This document shows, in pieces, positions 39,056-48,637 of a stretch of DNA of 64,000 nt. Origin of the DNA: an uncultured Aliarcobacter sp. (lineage in GTDB: Bacteria > Campylobacterota > Campylobacteria > Campylobacterales > Arcobacteraceae); assembly GCA_963677435.1 (NCBI GenBank), contig OY781945.1, positions 2,336,001 through 2,400,000 of the forward strand, in the 5' to 3' direction. The translations under genes and the position numbers were made by a program. Position 1 is the stretch's first letter. Each line of letters opens with the position of its first letter. The notes beneath the pieces were generated by a model. It was not told where the DNA came from. It saw only the letters and a program-made list of their open reading frames with translations, and did not search any database.

Positions 39056-40165
39056 TTAAGCCTTTTTCATTTTTCTATTGATTTTGCTTATAAGCCCAAC
39101 AACACCTGCTGGAAGATATAAAGTTACAACTACAAATAATCCACCAAGTGCATATAACCAAACTTCAGGAAGTGCAGAAGTAAAATATGTACTTGCAAAA
39201 CTCACTATCATAGCTCCAATAATCGCTCCATATAGAGTTCCTCGTCCACCAATAGCAACCCAAATTACCAACTCAATAGAAAATAAAGGACTAAATACAT
39301 TTGGATTTATGATTGCAACTTGTGGCACATATAAAGCTCCTGCGATTCCTGCAAGAACTGCTGAAACCACAAAAATAAAAAGTTTATATTGCTCAACTTT
39401 GTACCCCAAAAATCTCACCCTACTCTCAGCATCTCTTATTGAGATTACAACTCGCCCAAGTCTTGAGTTTATGATGAATCTGCAAACTAAATATCCTAAA
39501 ACCAAAGCAAAAAAAGTGATTAATAATAAAGCCACTCTTGTTGTGTCTGCTGATAAATCAAAACCTAAAATATCTTTGAAGTCTGTCAAACCATTGTTTC
39601 CACCAAAACCCATATCATTTCTAAAAAATGCCAACATCAAAGCATAAGTTAAAGCCTGAGTTATGATAGATAAATAAACTCCTGTTACCCTACTTCTAAA
39701 AGCAAACCAACCAAATACAAAAGCCAAAATTGCTGGAACTATCATTACCATCAAAATTGCAAAAACTGGATTATCAAAACCATACCAAAACCAAGGAAGC
39801 TCTTTTAGGTTCATAAATACCATAAAATCAGGAAGTTCAGGATTACCATAAACTCCTCTATCTCCGATTTGACGCATCAAATACATGGCAAAGGCATATC
39901 CACCAAGTGCAAAAAATGCCCCATGACCTAGACTTAAAATCCCTAAATATCCCCAAACCAAATCAAGTGCAAGTGCCAAAAGTGCAAAAGCTAAATATTT
40001 TCCCAAAATCGTAACTGTAAAAGTTGAGATATGAAAAATTGAACTCTCAGGAATAAACAAGTTACAAAAAGCAACCACAAACACTACTACTGCCAAAGAT
40101 GATAAAACTATTTTGCCACCTTTGTCATTTTCTAAGATTCTTAAAATTATTGATTTATTTTCCAT
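39056..40165 (-). CDS. urtC: Urea ABC transporter permease UrtC
   Basis: LDLVWGYLGILSLGHG, LPDFM, GVYLSIITQA, WVAIGGRG. Confidence 0.95.
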   Translation of the reverse strand: MENKSIILRILENDKGGKIVLSSLAVVVFVVAFCNLFIPESSIFHISTFTVTILGKYLAFALLALALDLVWGYLGILSLGHGAFFALGGYAFAMYLMRQIGDRGVYGNPELPDFMVFMNLKELPWFWYGFDNPVFAILMVMIVPAILAFVFGWFAFRSRVTGVYLSIITQALTYALMLAFFRNDMGFGGNNGLTDFKDILGFDLSADTTRVALLLITFFALVLGYLVCRFIINSRLGRVVISIRDAESRVRFLGYKVEQYKLFIFVVSAVLAGIAGALYVPQVAIINPNVFSPLFSIELVIWVAIGGRGTLYGAIIGAMIVSFASTYFTSALPEVWLYALGGLFVVVTLYLPAGVVGLISKINRKMKKA

Positions 40166-40168
40166 TTT

Positions 40169-41749
40169 TTAATCCTGTGCATCTCGACCTTTTTGAGGAA
40201 ATAATCCTCTAGGTCTTTTTTGTATAAATAAAATAATAAATACCAATATGATAACTTTTGCCAAAATTGCACCTGCAAGTGGTTCAATAAATTTATTTAT
40301 TTCTCCAAGTGAAAAGGCAGCGATTAAAGTTCCCCATAAATTTCCAACTCCTCCAAAAACAACAACCATAAAACTATCCACAATGTACGCTTGTCCAAGA
40401 TTTGGCCCAACATTTGTAAGCTGTGAAAGTGCAACTCCCGCAACTCCTGCGATTCCTGAACCTATTCCAAAAGTTATGGCATCAATCTTGCTTGATTGAA
40501 TTCCCATGGCTCTGGCTATTGGTCTATTTTGAGAAACAGCTCGAACTTTTAATCCTAAAGATGTTTTTTTCATCACATATAAAATGGCAAAAAAAACAAT
40601 AAAAGCAAAAATCACAACATACAATCTGTTGTAAGTTAAAGATAAAGCACCATTTATTTCCCAAGCTCCACTCATCCAAGATGGTGTTTTTACCTCTTGG
40701 TTTAGTGGAGAGAATATTGTTCGTACAACTTGTTGTAAAATCAAACTTATCCCAAAAGTTGCCAATAGTGTTTCTAGGGGTCTGCCATAAAGATGACGAA
40801 TTACCAATCTTTCAATGGCAATTCCCACCAATCCACTCACTATAAATGCAGCAGGAATTGCGATGATTACAGAATACTCAATCATATTTGGCATTAATTG
40901 CTGAATTGTATATGTTGTATACGCTCCAATCATTATTAATTCCCCATGAGCCATGTTTATTACTTTCATAACTCCAAAAGTAATAGCTAAACCAATGGCA
41001 GCTAAAAGTAAAACCGAACCTTGTGAAAGTCCAAAAAATGCAGTTTCTATAAATGAATAGAAAGTTTTACTAAATTCAATTTCATTTAGGGCATTTTTAA
41101 CTGCAAGTTTTACTTTTTCATCACTTGAATCTTTTAGACCATTTAGAGTTTCTAAAGATTTAGAAGATAAAAAACCACCAAGTTCAGCGATTGCATCAAG
41201 TTGCTCTTGACCTGTCAAAAACTTTGCTTTTAAGTTTGCATTTGCTTCAAGTAAAATATCTTTTATTGAAGATTTTTTTTCACTTTTTAAAGCTTCAACT
41301 ATTATCTCTTTATCTTGAACTTCTAGATTTTCCAAGATATTTTTTGCAGCATTTAATCTTTTGTTTTCATCACTTGCAAAAAGATTTATCTTTGCAAGGC
41401 TTGCTTTTATAACACTTCTTAATTTATTATTTATCTTTATTTTTGAATAATCATCTTGATTTGCATTTTCAATAGAGTTATTTGAAAACAAAGATTTAAA
41501 ACTATTATCTTTTTCTAAAAGTACAATTTCATTAGTTTGATTTTGAAAATATAAATTTCCTAAAAGCATACTTTGTAATAAAATCTCTAATTTTTCTTCA
41601 TCTTTATAATTTATTATTAACTCATTTAAAACTTCTTCTTTTACTTTAAAACTGTTGTCTGATAATTTGCTAGATAATTCTTCAAAGTTTGAAGCCAAAG
41701 AGAATGAGAAAATCAATAAATTAAGGAGTATTATTTTTAAAATATTCAT
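40169..41749 (-). CDS. urtB: Urea ABC transporter permease UrtB (with N-terminal periplasmic helical domain)
   Basis: GLAITFGVMKVINMAHGE, LYGRPLETLLATFG, VDSFMVVVFGGVG. Confidence 0.95.
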   Translation of the reverse strand: MNILKIILLNLLIFSFSLASNFEELSSKLSDNSFKVKEEVLNELIINYKDEEKLEILLQSMLLGNLYFQNQTNEIVLLEKDNSFKSLFSNNSIENANQDDYSKIKINNKLRSVIKASLAKINLFASDENKRLNAAKNILENLEVQDKEIIVEALKSEKKSSIKDILLEANANLKAKFLTGQEQLDAIAELGGFLSSKSLETLNGLKDSSDEKVKLAVKNALNEIEFSKTFYSFIETAFFGLSQGSVLLLAAIGLAITFGVMKVINMAHGELIMIGAYTTYTIQQLMPNMIEYSVIIAIPAAFIVSGLVGIAIERLVIRHLYGRPLETLLATFGISLILQQVVRTIFSPLNQEVKTPSWMSGAWEINGALSLTYNRLYVVIFAFIVFFAILYVMKKTSLGLKVRAVSQNRPIARAMGIQSSKIDAITFGIGSGIAGVAGVALSQLTNVGPNLGQAYIVDSFMVVVFGGVGNLWGTLIAAFSLGEINKFIEPLAGAILAKVIILVFIILFIQKRPRGLFPQKGRDAQD

Positions 41750-41765
41750 TTTTATTTCCTTAAAG

Positions 41766-41794
41766 AAATATGGAAGAAGAGCTCTTCCATATTT
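41766..41794 (-). terminator. Hairpin between urtA and urtB (mRNA stabiliser/attenuator)
   Basis: AAATATGGAAGA-AGAGC-TCTTCCATATTT directly after the urtA stop. Confidence 0.7.
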
Positions 41795-41800
41795 TAGTTT

Positions 41801-43072
41801 TTATTTAGTACCTACACATTTTTTAGTAACTGTGTTGTAGCTTCCACAATTAACTGGTTTTGTCCAATCAGAGATTAAATCTTTAGATCCTGGTAAGAAA
41901 TCTGACCAAGCATCACCTGCAATCTCTTTTGTTGAAGAAACAGTTTCAAATTGTCCATCTTCTTGAATCTCACCGATTAATACAGGTTTTGTAATGTGGT
42001 GATTTTTAAGCATAGTTGCAGTTCCACCTGTTAAGTTTGGAACACTTAAACCAATAATCGCATCACTAACTTTTGAAACATCTGTAGTTCCAGCTTTTTC
42101 AACAGCTTTTACCCATAAATTAAATCCAATGTATGTAGCTTCCATTGGGTCATTTGTAACTCTTTTGTCATCTTTGATAAATTTGTGCCATGTTGAAATG
42201 AAATCTTTGTTGATTTTTGTATCAGCACTTTCAAAATAATTCCATGCAGCTAAATGTCCAACTAAAGGTTTTGTATCAATTCCTGAAAGTTCTTCTTCAC
42301 CAACAGAGAATGCAATAACTGGAATATCTTCAGCTTTTACACCTTGGTTTCCTAACTCTTTATAAAATGGAATATTTGCATCTCCATTGATAGTTGAAAC
42401 AACTGCTGTTTTAACTCCAGTTGAACCGAATTTTTTAATATCAGATACGATTGATTGCCAATCAGAGTGACCAAATGGCGTATAATTAATCATAATATCT
42501 TCTTTTTTAATACCTTTAGAGATTAAATAAGCTTCTAAGATTTTGTTTGTAGTTCTTGGATACACATAGTCAGTTCCAGCTAATACAAATCTTTTTACAC
42601 CCATCTCTTTCATTAGATAATCAACAGCTGGAATTGCTTGTTGGTTTGGCGCAGCACCTGTATAAAATACATTTTTACTTGATTCTTCACCCTCATATTG
42701 AACAGGGTAAAATAGTAAACCATTTAACTCTTCAACAACTGGAAGAACAGATTTTCTAGAAACTGATGTCCAACAACCAAATGTAACATCAACTTTATCT
42801 TTTGTTAAAAGCCCTCTCATTTTTTCAGCAAATAAAGGCCAGTTTGAAGCAGGATCTACAACAACTGGTTCAATTTTTTTACCCAAGATTCCACCTTTTT
42901 TATTTTGCTCATCAATCAACATCAAAACCGTATCTTTTAATGTAGTTTCAGAAATAGCCATAGTTCCAGATAAAGAGTGTAAAACCCCAACTTTGATAGT
43001 ATCAGCAGCGTGAACTAACATTCCACCAAGTAATGCAGAAGTAACGATTGCTTTTGCAAATAATCTTTTCAT
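41801..43072 (-). CDS. urtA: Urea ABC transporter substrate-binding protein UrtA
   Basis: KVGVLHSLSGTMAISE, DPASNWPLFAEK, FGCWTSVSRK, FYPVQYEG, GTDYVYPR. Confidence 0.97.
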   Translation of the reverse strand: MKRLFAKAIVTSALLGGMLVHAADTIKVGVLHSLSGTMAISETTLKDTVLMLIDEQNKKGGILGKKIEPVVVDPASNWPLFAEKMRGLLTKDKVDVTFGCWTSVSRKSVLPVVEELNGLLFYPVQYEGEESSKNVFYTGAAPNQQAIPAVDYLMKEMGVKRFVLAGTDYVYPRTTNKILEAYLISKGIKKEDIMINYTPFGHSDWQSIVSDIKKFGSTGVKTAVVSTINGDANIPFYKELGNQGVKAEDIPVIAFSVGEEELSGIDTKPLVGHLAAWNYFESADTKINKDFISTWHKFIKDDKRVTNDPMEATYIGFNLWVKAVEKAGTTDVSKVSDAIIGLSVPNLTGGTATMLKNHHITKPVLIGEIQEDGQFETVSSTKEIAGDAWSDFLPGSKDLISDWTKPVNCGSYNTVTKKCVGTK

Positions 43073-43113
43073 AAAATCTCCTTTTAGTTTAAGTCCTTTT
43101 GACTTCTAAGAGA

Positions 43114-43144
43114 AGTATAAAATAGAAGTGTTGTTTAAGTGTTG
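43114..43144 (-). promoter_or_regulatory. urtA promoter with 11-bp-spaced direct repeat
   Basis: Minus strand CAACACTT-AAA-CAACACTT (43144-43126) upstream of a TATACT -10 (43119-43114). Confidence 0.55.
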
Positions 43145-43277
43145 CTTTTGGTGATTGGGTTGAGAGGTTGGTGTATAGATTTTAGACAGAGGGAGTTTTT
43201 TGTATTTTTAATAAAAAATATCTATTTTCAGCATTATTATATTATTATCTACTTCAATTAACTCTCAAAGGAACAGT

Positions 43278-45137
43278 GTGCAATTTTTAAAAAAACTATT
43301 TGGAATAAAAAATAAGAAGGAACCAATTATTGTTCAAGACGAAAAAGAGAATGATAATGATGAAAAAATTAGCTTTTTTGATGAAATGGGAAAAGAATAT
43401 TATGTCACAAGAAGGGTATGGATTAAAGATGTTTTAATCCCTAATTTAGAAAAAAATTATGATAAACCTGATGAACTATATACATTAATTATTAGAGCAT
43501 TAAATGATGGCCTTAATGAATTCGTTGTTGATGCCAGTTATAAATTATATGAAATTGATAAAGAAAGAGAAAGAGCTGGATGTATTTATGCAATTGTACT
43601 AATGAAAAATAAAAGATTAGATGAGGCTAAATTAGTATTAGAAAAAACTATACAAGAAATTGGAAAAACTGGAGTATTACTTACAAATCTAGCAAAAGTA
43701 TATGCCGATTGGAATGATTTTGAGATGGTGGAAAAAATATTATTTGAGGGATTAGAATTAGATCCAAATCAAAATAATGGAATGGATTGGTATCTTGCAT
43801 TGCACAAAGAAAAAGAAGGAGAAGAAGGTTATCATAAGACTTTAATAAAATTAAGTAAAATTAAAGATGCATGGAGACCATTACTTTATCTTGCAGATAT
43901 ATCACTCAAGAATAAAGACATTAATACAGCAATGTCATATTATAAAAAAATACTATCAATTAATCCTAATCCTCCATCTGATTGTTTAATACATATAAGT
44001 AGTTCACTTGGACTCAATAATTACATTGAGGAATTAATAACATTTATTGAACCTATATTTAATGAGAATATTCATGAATTTGGACTAGGAAACAACCTAA
44101 TAAAAGCATACATAGATTCAAAAGAGTATGAAAAAGCAAATATTATAATAGAAAAATATTTTGTACTAAATAACCCAACAATAAGAAAAAGCTTATCTTA
44201 TTGGAAAAATGAACTAGAATCATTAACTAAAAAGAAAACAATATATAATTCAGAATCACCAATTAGTCATTTTAGCTTAGATAAACCAATATGGTCATGC
44301 AACATATCAATAGAAAATGAAATTATACACATGAAAAAAGAAAATGATTTAAAGCTTTTTGTATTTAGTGCAAGTGTTTCTATAGATAACGAGGAAGGTC
44401 ATCATGATGAAAATATCATGATAAAAATTGGAAGATTAAGTAGAGGGATAGCTTTAACTATTTGTGATAAAATAAATCTTTCAACAGATATAAAAGCTAT
44501 AACAATTATTCCAATGCTAAATAATGGATTTGCTCTTTTTTCAGAAAAATATAGTAAAGAAACAATCAATGGATTTTTAAAAATACACCCATCTGATATT
44601 GCTATATTTCCTCATCTATCTATAAAAAATGATTTATGGATTATAGAATTATTTATCTACAACTATAACTCTGATGAAGATTCAAAAGTGATTTCAAAAG
44701 AGTTTAATGAGAATAATCAATCAACTAAACTGAAAGAATTAAATACTGAATTATTTAACTTTATAAAAAATGAATATTCTGTAAATATAATTGAACCTTT
44801 ATTTAATACAGAAATAGCAAGTAATATATTTAGTGATTATATTTATGCTAGTGAAAGTAATTTAGCATTGTTGATGGCTTCAAATATTGAAAATACAGAT
44901 AATTTTTTATACGGAGAACGAAATATTCTTGATAATATACTTTACTTTACATTATTAGAAGAAAGAACTCTTATACAAGTATTAATGTTTTTATCTGCAT
45001 TAGCAAATAATAAAAAATACAATTCAAATATATATAAAGAATATGAAAAAAAAGCAAATAAACTTATAAAAGATTCTAATTTTAAAGAAGAAATACAATT
45101 GATATTAAACAATATTATACATAGTATTTATAACTAG
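43278..45137 (+). CDS. Tetratricopeptide-repeat hypothetical protein
   Basis: TPR-like helices (LLTNLAKVY...GLELDPNQNNG, WRPLLYLA, LGNNLIKAY). GTG start after AAGGA. Confidence 0.75.
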   Translation: MQFLKKLFGIKNKKEPIIVQDEKENDNDEKISFFDEMGKEYYVTRRVWIKDVLIPNLEKNYDKPDELYTLIIRALNDGLNEFVVDASYKLYEIDKERERAGCIYAIVLMKNKRLDEAKLVLEKTIQEIGKTGVLLTNLAKVYADWNDFEMVEKILFEGLELDPNQNNGMDWYLALHKEKEGEEGYHKTLIKLSKIKDAWRPLLYLADISLKNKDINTAMSYYKKILSINPNPPSDCLIHISSSLGLNNYIEELITFIEPIFNENIHEFGLGNNLIKAYIDSKEYEKANIIIEKYFVLNNPTIRKSLSYWKNELESLTKKKTIYNSESPISHFSLDKPIWSCNISIENEIIHMKKENDLKLFVFSASVSIDNEEGHHDENIMIKIGRLSRGIALTICDKINLSTDIKAITIIPMLNNGFALFSEKYSKETINGFLKIHPSDIAIFPHLSIKNDLWIIELFIYNYNSDEDSKVISKEFNENNQSTKLKELNTELFNFIKNEYSVNIIEPLFNTEIASNIFSDYIYASESNLALLMASNIENTDNFLYGERNILDNILYFTLLEERTLIQVLMFLSALANNKKYNSNIYKEYEKKANKLIKDSNFKEEIQLILNNIIHSIYN

Positions 45138-45149
45138 TATCAACTTTTC

Positions 45150-45183
45150 TTCGTTCCCAATTTCTATCTGGATTGGGAATGAA
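45150..45183. repeat. REP-like palindrome copy 2
   Basis: TTCGTTCCCAAT-(10 nt)-ATTGGGAATGAA, 13 bp after the TPR gene stop. Confidence 0.6.
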
Positions 45184-45330
45184 TACTTTAATACCAATAA
45201 ATAAAGTCCATCAATTTTAAGCTCTAAATTCATTTTTTTTAAATCAAGAAAAAATAACAATTTGCAATATTTTTAAAGTAAAACTAATTTTTTTGATAAA
45301 GTTATAAAACAACTTTTCAAAGGTGATTTT

Positions 45331-46018
45331 ATGGATAATATTTCAAATATTGTACTTTACAATGATGGTGAATTAGAACTAAAAGTTTCTGTAAATGAAG
45401 ACACAATTTGGCTTACACAGAAGCAACTATCAGAACTTTTCAGTGTAACTAAACAAAATATAAGTTTGCATATAAACAATATTTTTAAAGATAAAGAACT
45501 TAATACAAATTCAACTGTCAAGTTTTTCTTGATAGTTCAAAAAGAAGGGAATAGAGAAATTCAAAGAAATATTGAACACTATAATCTTGATATGATTATA
45601 TCAATAGGATATATAGTAAACTCAATTACAGCTACAAAATTTCGTCAATGGGCAACATCTATTTTAAGAAATTACATTAAAAATGGCTATGTAATAAATG
45701 CAGATAAAATCACTAATGAAAGATTTGTAAATTTAGAAAATGATGTAAATATTTTAAAATCTCAAATGAATGATGTCAAATCACTTATAAAAAACAATAC
45801 TTTAGAAACAACTCCAACTTGATTTTGAAAAATACTCAAAACAGTACAACAATATCACTCTAAAAACATTCAAAGATTCTCACGATAGATTTTTAATCTT
45901 AGATAAAAAAGAAATTTATCATATTGGTGCTAGTTTGAAGGATTTGGGCAAAAAATGGTTCGCTTTTTCTAAGATAAATTTGGAAATATCAGAGTTATTG
46001 GAAAAATTAAATGAATAA
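45331..46018 (+). pseudogene. RhuM-family protein, frameshifted (probable internal deletion)
   Basis: The N-part has RhuM motifs (TIWLTQKQLSELF, HYNLDMIISIGY.VNS..ATKFRQWA) and stops at 45822. A different frame from 45806 continues KQLQLDFEKYSKQY...SHDRFLILD..IYHIGASLKDLGKKWFAF to TAA 46018 with no start of its own. Confidence 0.75.
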
Positions 46019-46143
46019 AAATAGAATCTTTTAATCTTGATATTTCTTTATTACCAAGCTATGAATAAAATTCCTCTGCAAAATACTAATCATATTTACA
46101 AAAATTTAATTTCCCCAAGCAAGCAACAATGAGCTAAATCTAT

Positions 46144-46668
46144 TTACTCTCTTACTAAAAATATCTCTTTATCTTCCATATTGTATTCTACACATTCAAT
46201 TATCTTTTTTTCATCAAGATTATTACCTACACCTACACCATCTAAGACTATAAACTCTTGTTTATCTTCTATACAGATTAAAGGAAAATGCCATGTTCCT
46301 CTATTTAAATGAACACCTTGATCTCCATTTGTTTTAAATATTTCTAAAGTTGATAAATCTGGCTCTCTACCCCCTAAAGCAACAACACAATAAAAAGGCT
46401 CCTTACTTCTTGGTACAAATGTTTGAGAAAAAAATGGATGTTTCTCTAACATATTTATATGTAGTGGAAATATTCTACCTTTTCCTATATAAATATGTAA
46501 AATTGATTTTCCTCCTTGTTCATGTGCATCCAGATTACATAGATCATGAAATTTTTCAGCAGACCCTCTATTTATAATCATAGATTCTCTACCTTCTTTT
46601 TCTATCACTTCACCAAATTTCTTAAATGTTTCTCTTGTTAGAGGTTTTGATTTTATTTCTATTCTCAT
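46144..46668 (-). CDS. allA: Ureidoglycolate lyase paralogue
   Basis: LTRETFKKFG, MLEKHPFFSQTFVPRS, FKTNGDQGV, WHFPL; clearly homologous to 27830-28342. Confidence 0.85.
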   Translation of the reverse strand: MRIEIKSKPLTRETFKKFGEVIEKEGRESMIINRGSAEKFHDLCNLDAHEQGGKSILHIYIGKGRIFPLHINMLEKHPFFSQTFVPRSKEPFYCVVALGGREPDLSTLEIFKTNGDQGVHLNRGTWHFPLICIEDKQEFIVLDGVGVGNNLDEKKIIECVEYNMEDKEIFLVRE

Positions 46669-46833
46669 ATTATATTTTTAACTCATCTTTTTTTATATTT
46701 TTTAAATATTAAACCTAAAATTATTTATAGAAAATCACCATATGTAGCGGTTTAATAGCTGGGATTTTATCATAAATTCAATTACAAAAAGGATAAACTT
46801 TTTATTTTAATCATGTGTATAAACTTTATTTCT

Positions 46834-46914
46834 AATCTGTATATAAATTATTCATTTAAATGTACAGATATTGTTTAAAAAAATCTTTACAAAAAACTAT
46901 CCAAGGTATAAAAT
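46834..46914 (+). promoter_or_regulatory. TRAP operon promoter with upstream inverted repeat
   Basis: TTTACA (46886), 17 bp, TAAAAT (46909). ATCTGTATAT-N15-ATGTACAGAT imperfect inverted repeat at 46835-46869. Confidence 0.55.
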
Positions 46915-47030
46915 ATCATCAGAAAACATATTTTAATGTTTTAAAAATATATTAACTCTTATATCAGAAGAGTAATGTCAATAGGTGGATTCATATTAGA
47001 TCTAAATTTTGAAAAATCAAGGAATATAAC

Positions 47031-48125
47031 ATGACTAATAATAGAAGAGAATTTATAAAAAAAACAGGTTTAGCAGGTATTGGTGCTGCAATTGCAATAC
47101 CATCAATAGCAAGTGCAGATGAAAAAAAAACATTTAGATGGAAAATGACAAATTGTTATGGTGCTGGAGCTCCATTTTATTCAACAGGTCCTGGAAGTGC
47201 AACTTATTTTTGCCAAAGAGTTGAAGAGTTATCAGATGGAAGATTAAAAATTAAACATTATCCAGCAGGTGAACTCATTCCTGCAATGGGTGGATTTGAT
47301 GCTGTTTCAGAAGGAAGTGTTCAGATGAATTGGGGAAATTCATTTTTTTGGGCAGGAAAAACATTTGCAGCTCAATACTTTACAGCAGTACCATTTGGAA
47401 TGACTTTTCAAGGTACAAATGCTTGGTTACAATTTGGTGGAGGACAAGAACTTTGGGATGAAGTCTATAAACCATTTAATATGATTGGTTTAGCAGCTGG
47501 AAATACAGGTACTCAAATGACTGGATGGTTTAAAAAAGAGCTTAATACCCTTGAAGATTTAAATGGACTTAGAATGAGAATTCCAGGTCTTGCAGGAAAA
47601 GTTCTTGAGCAATTAGGTGTAAGTGTAAAACTACTACCAGGTGGAGAAATTTTTCCAGCACTAGAAAGAGGAGTTATTGATGCAGCAGAATTTGTAGGAC
47701 CATTCCAAGATAGAAGAATGGGATTTCAAAAAGCAGCTAAATATTATTATACTACAGGTTGGGGAGAACCTAGTAATACTACTGAATGTTTAATTAATAA
47801 AGATGCATGGAATACATTACCAAAAGATTTACAAGCAATAGTAAAAACTGTTGCAGCTGAGTGTAATCTTATGGGATTATCTTGGTCAGAAGCTAATAAC
47901 TCAGAAGCTTTGGATGATTTAGTAAAAAATCAAGGAGTAATTGTAAAAACGCTTCCTGATGCTATTATTAAAAAATTAAGAGAGATCACATTTGCTACTT
48001 ATGACGAGTTAATAAAAAAAGATCCCCTAGTTAAAAAAGTACATGAAAGTTACTTTGCTTTTAAAACAATTCATGATAGTTGGCAAGATAAAAGTGAATT
48101 GGTTGTTATGACAAAGCTATTGTAA
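47031..48125 (+). CDS. TRAP transporter substrate-binding protein (DctP; TakP/alpha-keto-acid-like subfamily), Tat signal
   Basis: NRREFIKK twin-arginine signal; YPAGELIP..FDAV, GNTGTQMTGWF, MRIPGLAG, ALERGVIDAAEFVGP. Confidence 0.92.
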   Translation: MTNNRREFIKKTGLAGIGAAIAIPSIASADEKKTFRWKMTNCYGAGAPFYSTGPGSATYFCQRVEELSDGRLKIKHYPAGELIPAMGGFDAVSEGSVQMNWGNSFFWAGKTFAAQYFTAVPFGMTFQGTNAWLQFGGGQELWDEVYKPFNMIGLAAGNTGTQMTGWFKKELNTLEDLNGLRMRIPGLAGKVLEQLGVSVKLLPGGEIFPALERGVIDAAEFVGPFQDRRMGFQKAAKYYYTTGWGEPSNTTECLINKDAWNTLPKDLQAIVKTVAAECNLMGLSWSEANNSEALDDLVKNQGVIVKTLPDAIIKKLREITFATYDELIKKDPLVKKVHESYFAFKTIHDSWQDKSELVVMTKLL

Positions 48126-48634
48126 TGAAAAGTTTATTAGATATCTCCAAAGGACTAGATAGGTTCAATGAACATATTGGTCAAATAACTTCTTGGTTAA
48201 TTTTTATATTAGTTTTACAAGTTGCAGCAGATGTACTTTTTAGATATTTTTTTCATGTGAGTTCTATAGCTGAACAAGAGTTGCAATGGCATATTTTAGC
48301 TGCCATTGCAATGTTTGGTTCAGCTTATACTTTTCAACAAAAAGAACATGTACGAGTTGATCTTTTTTATCATCTTTATGGTGAAAAAACAAAACAATGG
48401 ATGGATTTATTAATTCCTTTATTTATAATAATTCCTTTTTCACTTTTTGTAATTTATTTATCAAGTAAATATGTAATGCAATCTTATTCAATGGGTGAAG
48501 TTTCACCAGATCCTGGTGGTTTACCTTATAGATATTTAGTGAAATCTTTAATTCCTATTGGATTCACTTTAATACTAATTCAAGGCTTATCAGTTATGTT
48601 AAAAGCCATAACTCAAATAAAAGGGGAAAATTAA
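48125..48634 (+). CDS. TRAP transporter small permease (DctQ)
   Basis: Four TMs; RYFF..S.AEQELQW, EHVRVD, SPDPGGLP. Confidence 0.93.
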   Translation: MKSLLDISKGLDRFNEHIGQITSWLIFILVLQVAADVLFRYFFHVSSIAEQELQWHILAAIAMFGSAYTFQQKEHVRVDLFYHLYGEKTKQWMDLLIPLFIIIPFSLFVIYLSSKYVMQSYSMGEVSPDPGGLPYRYLVKSLIPIGFTLILIQGLSVMLKAITQIKGEN

Positions 48635-48637
48635 TTT

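Noticed and set aside
46915..47030. Riboswitch in the TRAP operon leader
   Set aside because: Only short imperfect hairpins; no recognisable aptamer or terminator. An Rfam search would settle it.
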